The notes beneath the pieces were generated by a model. It was not told the DNA's origin and made no database searches. It was given only the letters and a program-made list of their open reading frames with translations. A stretch of DNA of 64,000 nucleotides from positions 14,012,001 to 14,076,000 of the forward strand of contig JBHGNT010000015.1 of assembly GCA_043228905.1 (NCBI GenBank), written 5' to 3'. Position numbers and translations under genes: made by a program. Source of the DNA: Azolla caroliniana (lineage: Eukaryota > Plantae > Polypodiophyta). This document shows positions 47,501-59,929 of the stretch, piece after piece. Numbering within the stretch: the first letter of the stretch is position 1; each line of letters opens with the position of its first letter.

Positions 47501-49438
47501 CAGTTTTTTAGATGGCTTCAATGGGTATAACCAGGTACGCATGCATCCTGAGGACCAAGAGAAGACGGCATTTGTCATAGACTGGGGAGTCTATGTGGCA
47601 GTCGTCATGATGTTCGGGCTAAAGATGGCGCCGACAACATTTCAACGGACAATTACAGAGATCTTTGGTGAATATATTCCGACGTTCATGCAAGTTTTTT
47701 TAGACGACTTTGCGGTATATGGGAGAACATTAGACCATTTTATGCACCTGCAACTGTGCCTAGAACGTTGCCGCATCACACGCTTAAGCCTGAATCCCGT
47801 GAAATGTGCCTTCGGCGTGAGCAGCGGGACTCTCCTAGGCCATATAGTGAGCAAGGATGGAATAGCAGTCAATCCGAACAAGATCTCCGCGATTACGCAA
47901 GCCAAAACTCCGACAAATGCGAAATCACTCAGCCAGTTTTTAGGACAAATACGGTGGCATAGTCGGATGATACGATATTTGGCGAACTTTGCCACGCCGT
48001 TACATGCTGTCGTGCATCAGACTCCCTTCCAATGGACCGCAACGGAGGACAAGGCCTATGAAGCACTTAAGATAATGCTCACACAAGCCCTCGTCGTACA
48101 ACCACCAGTTTGGGCGAAGTCATTCCATGTGTTCGTCGACACCTCGGACATAGCAATAGGAAGTGCGCTAATGCAGCTCACCGAACCAAACTAGTACCGG
48201 CGAGTGTACAATGCTAGTCACAACTTATCAATAGCAAAGCGTAACTATTCCACAACGGAGCGGGAGGCGCGAGGGATGATCTATAGCATCAATAAATTCC
48301 GGCATTATTTATTGGGGCAGAAATTCACGTTCCACGTGGATCATTTGGCGTTGCTATATTTGGTGGAGAAAAAAGCCCTGATGGGGAAATTGGTGCTATG
48401 GATGCTGCTGCTTCAAGAATTCGATTTTGTAATTCAGCACCAACTGGGGACACAACACGCAGTGGCAGATTTTTTGAGTAGACTCGATAATGGAGAAACA
48501 GTACAGAAGGACGACGACGATTTTCCGAACGCCGACATCTTGTGGGTAGCAGCACTGGTAGAAAGAACGGAATCGACCTTTCCGGACCGGTGGCTTATGG
48601 AAATGACATACTTTTTGACTACGGGACTGCCTCCACCACAACTACGCACGGACGAGAAGAAACGACTAGCCGTCCGAAGCTCATCAATGACAAGGGGAGC
48701 CACTTTCTCAATACGGTGGTTCGGGAACTAACACATCATTACGTCGTAGTCCACAAGAAGAGTACACCATATTATCCATAGGTGAATGGGTTAGCGGAAT
48801 CCACCAACAAGACGTTGCAGACCATCTTGAAGAAAATCGTCAATGAAAATAGAACGGACTGGGATACCAAATTACAGAGTGCGTTATGGGCATACAGAAC
48901 TAACTACAAAACAAGCATACATTCAACACCGTTTCGACTAGCGTTTGGACTGGAGGCTGTGATGCCGGTAGAATTTCAGATACCCAGTTAGCGGATTCAG
49001 GTACAGGACCGACTATCGGAAGCCAAGTCAGAGGAGGTACGGCTCCACCAGCTACTCAAACTCGGGGAAAAACGCGTACACAACATGGCTATGTTGGAGC
49101 AGGAACAACGACGGCGTAAAGCGTTTGTGGATCGACATCGGAACGCAAGGGAAAAGGATTTCTCCGTCGGTCGAGCGGTGCTGGTTTTCCAAACCCGCAT
49201 GGGCCATATGCCAGGGAAGTTACGATTCCGCTGGATAGGCATGTACAAGATAATTGGAGCGGAACAAGGCACATTCCAACTAGGTACGCTGGCCGGGGAA
49301 GTAGTACGGCAAAAGGTGAATGGGTTTCGCCTTAAACTTTACCTAGGCCCTACGCCACCTAACCCATTCACCGCCGGACAGGACAAAGCCGGAGAACCCG
49401 CAGCGTATGTGGATGGCCCCACTTGTATCATAATGTAA
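44588..49438 (+). pseudogene. gag-pol of the Athila/Phygy-like element, fragmented
   Basis: Motifs CTICLNSGHSAVQC, CFVCQQLGHYGTHC, VDYRKLN, FLDGFNGYNQ, VFVDTSD and NGLAESTNKTL. Multiple TAG/TGA stops. Confidence 0.93.
46197..46496. repeat. 3 x 100-bp tandem repeat spanning the protease catalytic motif
   Basis: atcgatggcggctcaggcg occurs at 46231, 46331 and 46431. Copies 2 and 3 share the diagnostic start ggataggaaattcctgatgt. Confidence 0.97.
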
Positions 49439-49744
49439 AAATAGGCTGTATGTAACCGTTACGAAAAAAAAAAAAGAAGAAGAAGAGAAGATAACGACAC
49501 TATTAAAATGACTAAATGCATGCACAAACTCCTATATCAAGAACACGCGGCACCACGATGGCTCACCGCCTAATGAACCCTAAGCCACAAAAAGAAGGAA
49601 ATAGAAGATCTTCTACACAAAACAGAAACCCACCTTCTAACTATCAGCACTCCCATCGCTCCTCCCCCTCACCTTCTCCTCCATCCTATCATAGAGCTCC
49701 AAACCACTGCAACCACCAATCTCCTCCCCACGAACCTACTCTGG

Positions 49745-52480
49745 CGATGCCGATCTTCATCTCTATTGCCTTACGCCGATGGCTCATGGAGAAACGCCTA
49801 GATGGGTACATCCGGGTCGCAAAGGCACCCCCACACCCGGATGCCATGGACATCGCCACAAAGCTTAACATCGACACGGTCACCAACTCTTCCATCCGAA
49901 AAAAGTTGGACCTATCATCGCTAGGCGAAAGGCATTTCGAAATCCCTCCTGCAAAGGCGCGCAGAGATATTTCGGGCCATATTCCTCCTCCGCCAAGGCC
50001 TATAGAACGAAGCAGATCCCGGATCCCTTCTTCTGTGAAGTCGCCAAGTTCCTGTTAGAGGTTAGCTGCGTACATGTCAACGCATATGGGATGCCCAAGC
50101 AAAAGGCGGGTATCATTATTGATACCTTTGAAGGGCATGCGGTCGATTCGGGGGTCATCACAAGGCTGGCGTTAAGGGAAGGCTTGCATGCGTATCAGGC
50201 AGGCAAGAAGCTCATGCCGATCATACAACAGTACCTTACGGTGCTATTCCCACCCCAAGGCCTGCCGACACTGTAGCCCAGCCGACCCACGCCTCCGCCC
50301 TGATCCGCAAAGCGCAGGTTAGCGAAGTTAGCTGCCCCAGAGTGGGAAGAGGAACCCCAACCCGCCTAGCTAGTCACATGGACAACACAGGAGGAACAGT
50401 CGGCACGCTCCGCGGAAGCAACCCCGGAGCCAGACGCCGAAACACAGCAGGATAGCCCCAGACCGAAACGACGAAGAATGGATAGGAAAGATGGGTGGGG
50501 ATTGGTCAAAGACGTCCCCACGGCGGCAGAGACAACGACCGAAGGCGATGGCTCCGTAGCTACGGAGCGCAATACCACCTTCGAAATCATCCGAGAGCCA
50601 CGACCGATCATTACGACCCAGTCCCAACAAGGGAAAGTCGTATTGACGGAGGAAAGCGAGGTTTTGGCATATCCAAATATCCCGGACATGGCCCATGAGT
50701 TCAGCGCCCTCTTACAGTTCGGAACCTCTTTTGAGCTCATGGAATTCCTGACAACGCAACAGATAAAGGCCTCACAATGAATGGTTGAGGAGCACGCGGA
50801 GCGCCAGATGATCGAGCGCACCCTAACACAAATAGTGGAGAGCGACGATGAGGACCGGCTAGCCAAGGTAGGCAGACAGAGAAACGCCGGTGTACGCCAA
50901 GTGGGGATGGAGCTACCCCCATTAAACACGGCCCTAGTCGAAGTCCATAGGGAACTGGCAAAGGTCAGCACGGGTGCCAAGGAGATGGCCATTAAAAATA
51001 AGAATGTCTGGAAGAAGGTGAAAATGACCCAAGTCGAGCTGCAAAGAGCCAACGAATGCATCGCGGAGTTGGAATCTAACGCGACTACGGCGCAACAAGC
51101 AACTCTACCACCAAACCATGCCATCGACGCTTTGAAGGAAGAAGTTGAGGCTCAGACTGCCATCGCCTCAAAAGCAAAAAGGGTCGTGCAACTAGCGGAA
51201 TTAGAAATTGACCACCTTCGAGCTGAATTGCGCCAATCCTCAGACAGAGAAAAGGAGATCCGGGCTAACGGCCAGAAGGCAATAAAAACCCTTGAAGAGA
51301 AACTCGTTGCGGAGGTAGCACAACACATCCAGACAAAAGAAGAAAACACCCAATTACGGGATGAAGCGAAGAAATCAGAGGCGGCAATCGCGGGACTCCG
51401 GACCTTATTGAAGAAAAAGAAGGTATGGTTCGACGAGTAGCTGGTGGTCGAAGAAGAAAGAAGGGATCAGCTTAAAATCTGCCTAAACAAAGAAATGGGG
51501 AAATTAGAAGAACACCATGCAAAGGAATTCCAGTTGTGGGCGGGCCTGAAGACCACGCACGAAGAAGCGGCGGCGGTTAGGCAGCAATAAATTGCAAACC
51601 TCAAGAAGTCGGTGGAGGACGCACGCAACCGTTGTCAGGCCATCACAGACAATGTGCGTATCCTTCTACAAACAAATCGGGAGAGGTTCATAGCGCAATT
51701 GAAAACAGCGCTAGACAAAGGATGGATGGCGTGGGCAACCCAAGCAGCGGAATTGCACGTGTATCGTGCAGACTAGGAGAACTGGTGAAAAGGCGGCCGA
51801 GGTTTCTATAAACTAAATGAGGAGAGCACTGCGGCCATACGCGAGGACCTAGCGCAAGACTATCATGCACTAGTGGAGCTCTTAGATGATTTTGGTGAAA
51901 GCCAGGAGGATCTATTTCACCAGATCACACAAGCCGACAGCACGCGAACAAATGAGGAATCCATCGCGACGCCAATTCTAGGCACGGCCGAAGAAGAGGA
52001 ACCTCAGGCCAGATCACCAGAAATTACAACGACGGTGAACAGCGCGGACCGACGAGCGGAGTCCCCCACAGTACCAAACAGCGGAACTATTGCCCAAGAG
52101 GAGCCCCATCCGCAGGAGCCCACGCTATCGGCGGACCACACGGAGAACGTTGCGGGCCAGGTGGAATCGTAACCCCACTCCCTGGAGCGTACAACAACGG
52201 CCGACACCACGGAGGAAGTGACGATTGAGACAGAGCCGCGGCCGACCACAAGCACGACGACAGCTCAGCCCAACCCACTAGCTCAAGAAGAGCCCATCGT
52301 ACCCAGACCGCCCACACAGGACGACCGCGACACCAAGAGAAGCCATCTCAACCAAACAGGGGAACCACACCATGATGCACCTACAGGCCCTACGTCGCCT
52401 CCGGACAGGGACACTGTAGCAGAGCCAACATCCGAGCCATTTTGGAAGAAGATTAACGGGACGGGTCCAACGTGCCAGGG
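49745..52480 (+). pseudogene. Decayed additional ORF between pol and 3' LTR (coiled-coil plus P/T/E-rich tail)
   Basis: Successive sense ORF pieces 49516-50058, 50091-50276, 50478-50780, 50781-51440 (heptad-rich), 51873-52172 and 52218-52502. From 50091 to 51440, and again from 51873 to 52502, they are separated by single in-frame stops. Confidence 0.75.
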
Positions 52481-52942
52481 CACTGTCCCACAGGTGTGCT
52501 AGGTGTTGTCCGCCGGAATAGTAACCGACAGACAAGAGCGTAGGAATAAGAAATAACATAAGATCATAACGCATGTAACGGTTCACGCAAGAAGCGTGAA
52601 TGGCTAAAAGGACACTGCGTATATAAAGGGCAAAAAACCTTTGATAGAGGGGGCATGTATTTTTGGAATGTAAAGAAGCGTATCATAATAGAATTCTATC
52701 TTCTCTGAAAATCTGTGTATAGCTACGGCTAATCTACCGTGTGTTTGGAATACCTGAGTGTGTAAGGACGTGAGTGTAACCACTGCTAAGGAGTCGGTTG
52801 TAGCCGTCTCCCTTATACGTTGCTAGGTTACGAGGAACATTCCCCTACGTATTACGCATAGAAGCCACCATTCGTTGTTTCACAATCACTTGGAGGTCTA
52901 GGTCGAAGGAATGACCGCAGACCGTGTTCCTAATCGGTAACA

Positions 52943-55355
52943 CATACTTTCTGCGGTAAGTCTCCATGCAAGGGTACTGAGGGTGATCTATTTATCACAT
53001 AGGTCGCCGTCATCAACGCTTCAGCCCAAAACGTCTTGGGTAACTTGGCATGTGCTAGCATGCTCCAAATTCTCTCCATTATGGTCCGGTTCATCCTTTC
53101 GGCCAACCCATTTAGTTGCGGCATCTTCCGGATAGTAAACTTGAGCCGGAATCCCTTCGACTGGGAGTACTCCTCGAACTGCCCCCGGTATTCTCCTCCG
53201 TTATCTGCTCAAACCGCCATCAGCTTTCGGTTGGTTTCTCTCTCCACTCTCGTGTGGAGATCCTTGAAGACGAATAACCCTTGGTTCTTCGTCTTCAACG
53301 ATGAGACCCACAACTTCTAGTTGTGGTCGTCTATGAACGTTGCGAAGTATTGTGATCCAGCATGTGACTTCGTATCAACTTGACACACATCGGTATGCAC
53401 CAGCTCCAGTGGTGCATTCCGTCTCATCGGTGGTCTTGACCGGAAAGAGGTGCGGTTTTGCTTGCCGGCCAGGCAATCGGTGCACTTCTCAAGTTGTACA
53501 TCCTTCACCGGAATGAGGTTGACTTCGGCAAGCCTTTTCATCCCCTTCTCACTCATGTGACACAGTCTTTTGTGCCACAGCTCACCAGTAGTGTCGGATG
53601 CTACGTTCACTTCTTCCCGACATATCCAGGCATTCATCAAGTATAGTGTGTTGACCTTCCGGGATCGAGCCACTATTAAGCTCCCTTTGCAGAACTTCAT
53701 GACACCGTTCCGGATGCTACTTGTGTAGCCTTCATCATCTAGCTGATCGACTAATATTAGGTTCAGTCGAACCTCCGGACCGTGTCGGACATCCTTCAAC
53801 ACCAACTTGCATCCAGTTGATGTCGTCAACAACACATCTCCTATGCCAATAATTCGGCATGTCCCTTCATTCCCCATCCGGACACAACCGTGCTCACCGG
53901 TTATGTAGGATGAGAAGCATTTCCGGTTCGGGGTAAGGTGGAACGACGCTCTGGAATCGACAACCCATGTTGTCTCGTCGACGGCCAGGTTCAAATCACT
54001 CTCCTCGGTGATAAGCATTAGTTCTTCACTTGCTGCGATCGCCATCATTCCCTTTCGGTCCGGGCCTTGCCGATCCAAACCGTTTCGGTCCGGTGACTTC
54101 TTCCGGTCGGTACTGTTGGTTCCCTTGTCCTTCCAGAAATGCCGACAGTTCTTCTAGAAGTGCCCGGGCTTGCCGCAATAGAAGCAAGTGGGCCTCCCCC
54201 TTGATGTTGACTATATCCTCGATTTTTCCCAGTTCTGGGGACTCCAATTCGGTAAGGAGGGCTTTGGTGTCGGAGATTACCTCCTTGTCTTTCCGATGTG
54301 CCTCCTCATGTAGTAAGCTCGACTTGACCCTTGGTAGGGATAGTTGTTTTCCTTCCAACCCGGCGTTGCCTAACGTGACAACTAACGTCTCCCAGCTATC
54401 TAGGAGGGAACGGAGCAGGAGTAGAGCAAGTACCTCATCGGCGAGAGGTACCTCCAACGAGGTTTCTTGATGGATCAGTCCCTGGAAGGCATTCATGTGC
54501 TTCGCCATACTAGAGCCATCTTGGTACCCGAGCCTCACTAGCTTCCAGAATACCGAAACGCGATTAACGACATTTTTGTTTTGGAACATAATGTCGATCT
54601 TCTCCCAGAGTTCATGAGCCTTGCCCTCTTCGTTGAAGTTGTTGTACAAGCTCATGTCAATGAAGCACCAGATGTATGTCTTCGTCTTCATGTGCATCAC
54701 CTCCCACACCGTGGCATCGATCTGGTTTGGTGTCTTGTCCCCGAACTGAACCGACAACCAAAGATCTTTGACCACTAGCATATCCCTCATCTTCGACTTC
54801 CACATTGAGTAGTTGGAGCCGATGAGCTTGAACATGCCGCCGAATGATTCTTCCATTTCCTATGTTGTTAGCTCTGATACCAGTTTGAAAAGAAATGCAC
54901 GGAATATCACTCGGCCACAACCAAGTAGTAAAACACTTCTATAAGAATTAAACACAGAAATGGGATGTAGAGAGTTCACAAGGGAAAGATGACGCAGGAT
55001 TTTTACGTGGGAAACCCTAACAAGGAAAAACCACGGGATCCCATAGACTCCAAACTATAACTATGAAGAGAAGGGATACAAATCAGAGACTCGGAGGCAA
55101 CGACCTCGAGCTCTGTTTCATTGCACAGTGTGGCAGTTACAACAGAGTATCTCTCTCTCTCTCTCTCTATACAACAGTTACAACAATATCACAACAACAC
55201 AATCACACATTAAAGTGATTTCCCTAAGTCATATTTATAGTTATGTGAGCTTAGGGCTATTTACAAATATAGCTTCAATGGGCTTCTCTTCCGATTCTCA
55301 TCGGGTCATCTTTATTCATCACCGGATCCCATCCGGTGAGACCGATTTCCCAACA
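52943..55355 (-). mobile_element. Ty1/Copia element 2 (5' LTR 54886-55355, gag-protease-integrase; 3' half lost)
   Basis: LTR starts TGTTGGGA; PBS TGGTATCAGAGC at 54871-54882. Motifs MEESFGGMFKLIGSNYSMWKSKM, WVVDSRASFH, LWHKRLCH and NGLAERMNRT. Related to Copia 3. Confidence 0.94.
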
Positions 55356-56478
55356 GTTTCATTAGTTATCAATAAGACAATTGGGTTGATATTCTACATC
55401 TGTAGAATTTACATATAATAATTTAGTGCATTCCTCTATTAAGGTCACCCCATTCTTTGCACATACTGGTCAACATCCATATTGGACCTTCCTAGAGATC
55501 CCTGAAGCTTCTACCAATCCTAGTGCAGAGAATTGATTATCTCAGATTTGTCAGATACAACTAGATGTAACAATTCAGTTACAACATGCTCAAGCATCAC
55601 AAAAACCAGTTGTTGATTGCCATCGAGTTCAACACACATTTCACGTGGGGGATAGAGTGTGGCTACTATGTCAACATCTAGAAATGACTTGACCTTCTGA
55701 TAAATTGGATTATCAATGATTGGGACCTTTTGTGATAAGTGGGAAGAATAATGAGGTGACATTTTGTCTTGATTTACCTTCCCACATGCAACTTCATCCT
55801 GTATTCCATTGTTCTCTCTTACAGCCTTGTGTCCTTAGTGGAATTTTGAATCATGTTATGTTGCCTCCACCTGCAATTTTGAATCATGTTATGTTGCCTC
55901 CACCTGCAATAGAGATTGTTGATGGATCTGAGTACGAGGTTGCAACCATTCTTGACTCGAAGATCCGAGGTCACCTATATTATTTGGTGGATTGGGAAGG
56001 TTATGGGGCACAATATCGCACATGGGAACTTGATGCACATTTGGTGAATGCTCATGATCTTATCTAGGAGTTTCACATTCAATATCCTTAGAAGCCCGGT
56101 CTTCATGTCTCCATGCTGACTCGTACAACTCGTCATTCTAAGAGGGGGATAGAGTCATGATCATGACTAGAACCATTGACCTTAGGGCTACACGTGGTGA
56201 GGTCTTAACCAATGGGTCATGCCATTATGTTGAGTCTAGTGGTGCTCATGAAGATTATATTATGCATTGATTGCTATGATGATGTACAATGGTCAGGTGG
56301 ATGATAGTTATGATGATGATGATAATGTGGAGGATGGTCATGTGGATGATGATCATGGGATGATGGTCATGCATGCATTGTGTACATGTGGATCATGCAT
56401 GTGATGCTCATGCATGTAGCAGAACTGTGAATGTCTGGAATGTGACATAACATTGTGGATCATGTGTTGTATATAAGG
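55356..56478 (+). mobile_element. 3' end of chromovirus family B (integrase end, chromodomain, PPT, partial 3' LTR)
   Basis: GPFVI...[10 protein letters not shown]...[40 protein letters not shown] at 56141-56152. The LTR is cut at 56478 by the family A LTR. A 33-bp duplication lies at ~55845-55908. Confidence 0.9.
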
Positions 56479-57683
56479 TGTCAGGAATAGTACTAAAGCA
56501 GAGATGGACTTAGTACTAAGAAGAGCAGTACTACTACTACTAAGAGGACGGGACTGTGTAAGATTCACGAGAGAGGAAGTGAGAAGAGGAGAGAGAGAGA
56601 GAGATAGCGAGGATGAGAGAGAGAAAAAGATGATGACAACAACAAATATATTATGTGAAAAGATAAGTACAAAGCGACGAAGAGGCTTAAGACTGGCGTT
56701 GAACCAATTTGGTTCAACATAATGCCTAGTGCCTTCTTTTATAGTCTTGTCAGGAGTAATCCTGAAACTTCTAGAATGTTCCAGAGAAATCTGGAATATA
56801 CATTACTTTCTTATAATAAAACATAAATGAAAATAATATCCTATGAATTACAATAGATGGTGTGATGGTTATGAGCTCGACCCATATACCATAAGGTCAT
56901 GGGTTCGAGTCTTGCCATAACATGACACTATCTCCCCCTTAAAGACGATGAGTGGAACGAGTCGGCGCTGATTGCGGACCGGGTTTGTCTGGATACTTTC
57001 GGTGGAAATTGTTGGGAGACAGGTCCCTCCGGATGGATAAGGAGTACCCCGGCTTCGGAGAGCCGGATGAGGAGTACCCGGCTACGGAGAGCCGATGGTG
57101 CAGGCCCGGTGAGATCCGGATGAGGAGTATCCGGCTACGGATAGCCAGTGCCCGGAGGGATCCGGATGATGCTGGCCCGGTGAGGAGCGCTCTCCGGATG
57201 AAGAGACATATTCGTAAATATGTTTCTGAGAGTCCATCGTGGCTATATTTGTAAATAGCCGAAAAGTCATATTAATATAAATATGACTCAAGGCAAACTT
57301 TTGAATGTTGTTTTTATTTCTTGTCTGCGCGAGATCAGAACGTGTAACTGTGTACAGAGAGAGTGAGAGAGAGGAAGAGGTTGTTGCCTCAGTTGTAACC
57401 GCCGCCAGTGGCGTAGATCGTGAGCACGAGGTCGTTGCCTCCGTGAACTCACTGTTGTACATTCTAACATAGTGATAGTTTGCAGCTTGTGGGCTGCCGT
57501 GGTTTTTCCCCTTAGTTTGGGTTTTTCCACGTAAACATCCTGTGTACTCTTCTCTTCTCTTCTTCGTGTCGTGCATTATTTCCCATTTTCTGTGTATGGT
57601 TCTTAGCTCGGTTGTGGCTAAGCGTTGCGTATAGGGAGCGTGCAGTTCCCGACAACTGGTATCAGAGCGAAACGACACAGAAA

Positions 57684-59922
57684 ATGGACGATTCGTTGGG
57701 AGGCATGTTCAAGCTCACCGGCTCCAACTATTCGGTGTGGAAGTCGAAGATGAGGGACATGCTCGTGGTTAAAGACCTCTGGCTGCCGGTTCAGTTCGGG
57801 GACAAAAGACCGGACAAAATCGACGCCGCGATATGGGAGGTGATGCATATGAAGACAACGACGTACATACGGTGCTTCATCGACATGAGCCTGTACAACA
57901 ACATCAATGAAGAGAGCAAGGCTCATGAGCTCTGGGAGAAGATCGGCATTATGTTTCAAAACAAAAATGTTGTTAATCAGGTTTCGGTATTCCGGAAGCT
58001 AGTAAGACTCCGGTACCAAGATGGCTCCAGCATGGCGGAGCACATGAATGCCTTCCAGGGGCTGATCCACCAGGCAACATCATTGGAGGTACCTCTTGCC
58101 GATGAGGTACTACCACTACTCCTGCTCGGTTCCCTCCCAGATAGCTAGGAAACGTTGGTTGTCACCTTGGGCAACACCGGGCCGGAAGGGAAACGGTTAT
58201 CCCTAGCAAGAGTAAAGTCGAGCTTGCTAGATGAGGAGGCGCGTCGGAAAGATAAAGATACGAGCTCCGACTCCGAAGCACTACTTACCGAATCGGAACG
58301 CGGAAGACAAAGAAGCCGTAGTCCCCAGAACCGGGAAAAGTCGGGGACACGGTCAAAGTCAAGGGGGAGACCTACTTGCTTCTATTGCGGCAAGCCGGGA
58401 CACTTCCAGAAGAACTGTCGGCATTTCCGAAAGGACAAGGAAACTGACGGTCCCGATTCGAAGCGGATACCGGACCGGAACGGTAAAGACCGGAGGGGAA
58501 CGGACCGGAAGGGGACGACGACAATCGCGGCAAGTGAAGAAGAGTTGATGCTCATCACCGAGGAGAGTGAGATAAACCTTGCCGGCGATGAGATGACCTG
58601 GGTGGTCGACTCCGGAGCGTCATTCCACCTTACCCCGGACCGGAAATGCTTCTCGTCCTACTCAGCCGGTGATCACGGCTGTGTCCGGATGGGGAATGAA
58701 GGTACATGCCGAATTGTCGGCATAGGAGAAGTATGGTTGTCAACACCAACCGGATGCACGATGCTGCTGAAGGATGTTCGACACATTCCGGAGGTTCGTC
58801 TAAACAAAACCGAACCTCCTTCCGACCAAGGCCACCAATGAGACGTAATGCACCACTGGAGTTGGCGCATAATGATGTGTGTCAAGTGGACACGAAGTCA
58901 CATGCAGGATCGCAGTACTTCGTGACGTTCATAGATGACCACAGCCGGAAGCTGTGGGCCACACCGTTGAAGACGAAGGATCAAGTGTTATCCGTCTTCA
59001 AAGAGCTCGACGCGAGAGTGGAAAGAGAAACCGGCCGGAAGCTGAAGGCGGTTCGAGCATATAATGGAGGTGAATACCAGGGTCAGTTCGAAGACTACTG
59101 TCGCTCGAAGGGAATCCGGCTCAAATTTACCGTGCCAAAGACGTTGTAACTAAACGGGCTGGCCGAGAGGATGAACCGGACCATAATGGAGAGGGTCCGG
59201 AGTATGCTGGCGCATGCAAAACTACCCAAGAAGTTTTGGGTTGAGGCACTGTCGACGGCAACATATGTGATAAACATATCACCCTCAGTACTCTTGGACG
59301 GAGACACACCACAGAGAGTCTGAACCGGTAAGGAAGTGTCCTACCAGCATCTGAAGGTATTCGGGTGTCTCGCGTAAGTGCATGTAGCTAAGGACCAGAG
59401 AGGAAAGTTGGATCCAAAGACCCGGCCATGCATATTCCTCGGTTACGGCGACGATGAGTTCGGCTACCGAGTGTGGGACCTGGTCGACAAGAAGGTATTC
59501 CGGAGTCGAGATATTATCTTCATGGAGAACAAGACGCTCGCCGACTGGGAGTCGGAGAAGAAGATAATGAACTCCGAGTCAACCGGTAATGATTGATTCT
59601 ACGATGAGCAGACCCAACTGGCAAGAGACCAGTTAGCACTCAAGGAACTAGCCGGTTACAGTGAGGATACCGAACCGGCAGAAGAAGAAGTAGAGGAAGC
59701 TGAAACCGGAACTGGCCAAGACCCCGAATCGGATTCGGATGAAGAGCAAATGGAGGAGCCGGTTACCGAAGCCCGAAGATGGAGATATCCTCTCAGAGAG
59801 AGAAGGGCGCCCCGGAGATTTCCGGATGCAGAGCATGTTCTGCTGACCGATGAGGGGGAGCCGGAAAGCTTCGAAGAAGCAAAGGATGACACCCACAACC
59901 GCAAATGGTTAAGTGCCATGTA
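57684..59922 (+). pseudogene. Copia 3 gag-protease-integrase, fragmented
   Basis: MDDSLGGMFKLTGSNYSVWKSKM, CFYCGKPGHFQKNC, WVVDSGASFH, YFVTFIDDHSR and CIFLGYG, with several stops. Confidence 0.93.
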
Positions 59923-59929
59923 GGATGAG

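Larger units (their letters stand above)
44276..52942 (+). mobile_element. Non-chromovirus Ty3/Gypsy element (Athila/Tat/Phygy-like) with extra 3' ORF; 5' LTR reduced to ~26 bp
   Basis: LTR end CGTGTTCCTAATCGGTAACA occurs at 44301 and 52942. PBS TGGCACGC at ~44306. 3' LTR ~52484-52942 follows AGGGCAC. gag with CCHC knuckles, protease IDGGSGVN, RT FMQVFLDDFAVYG, RNase H NYSTTEREA, and integrase with a deletion at ~48680. Confidence 0.92.
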
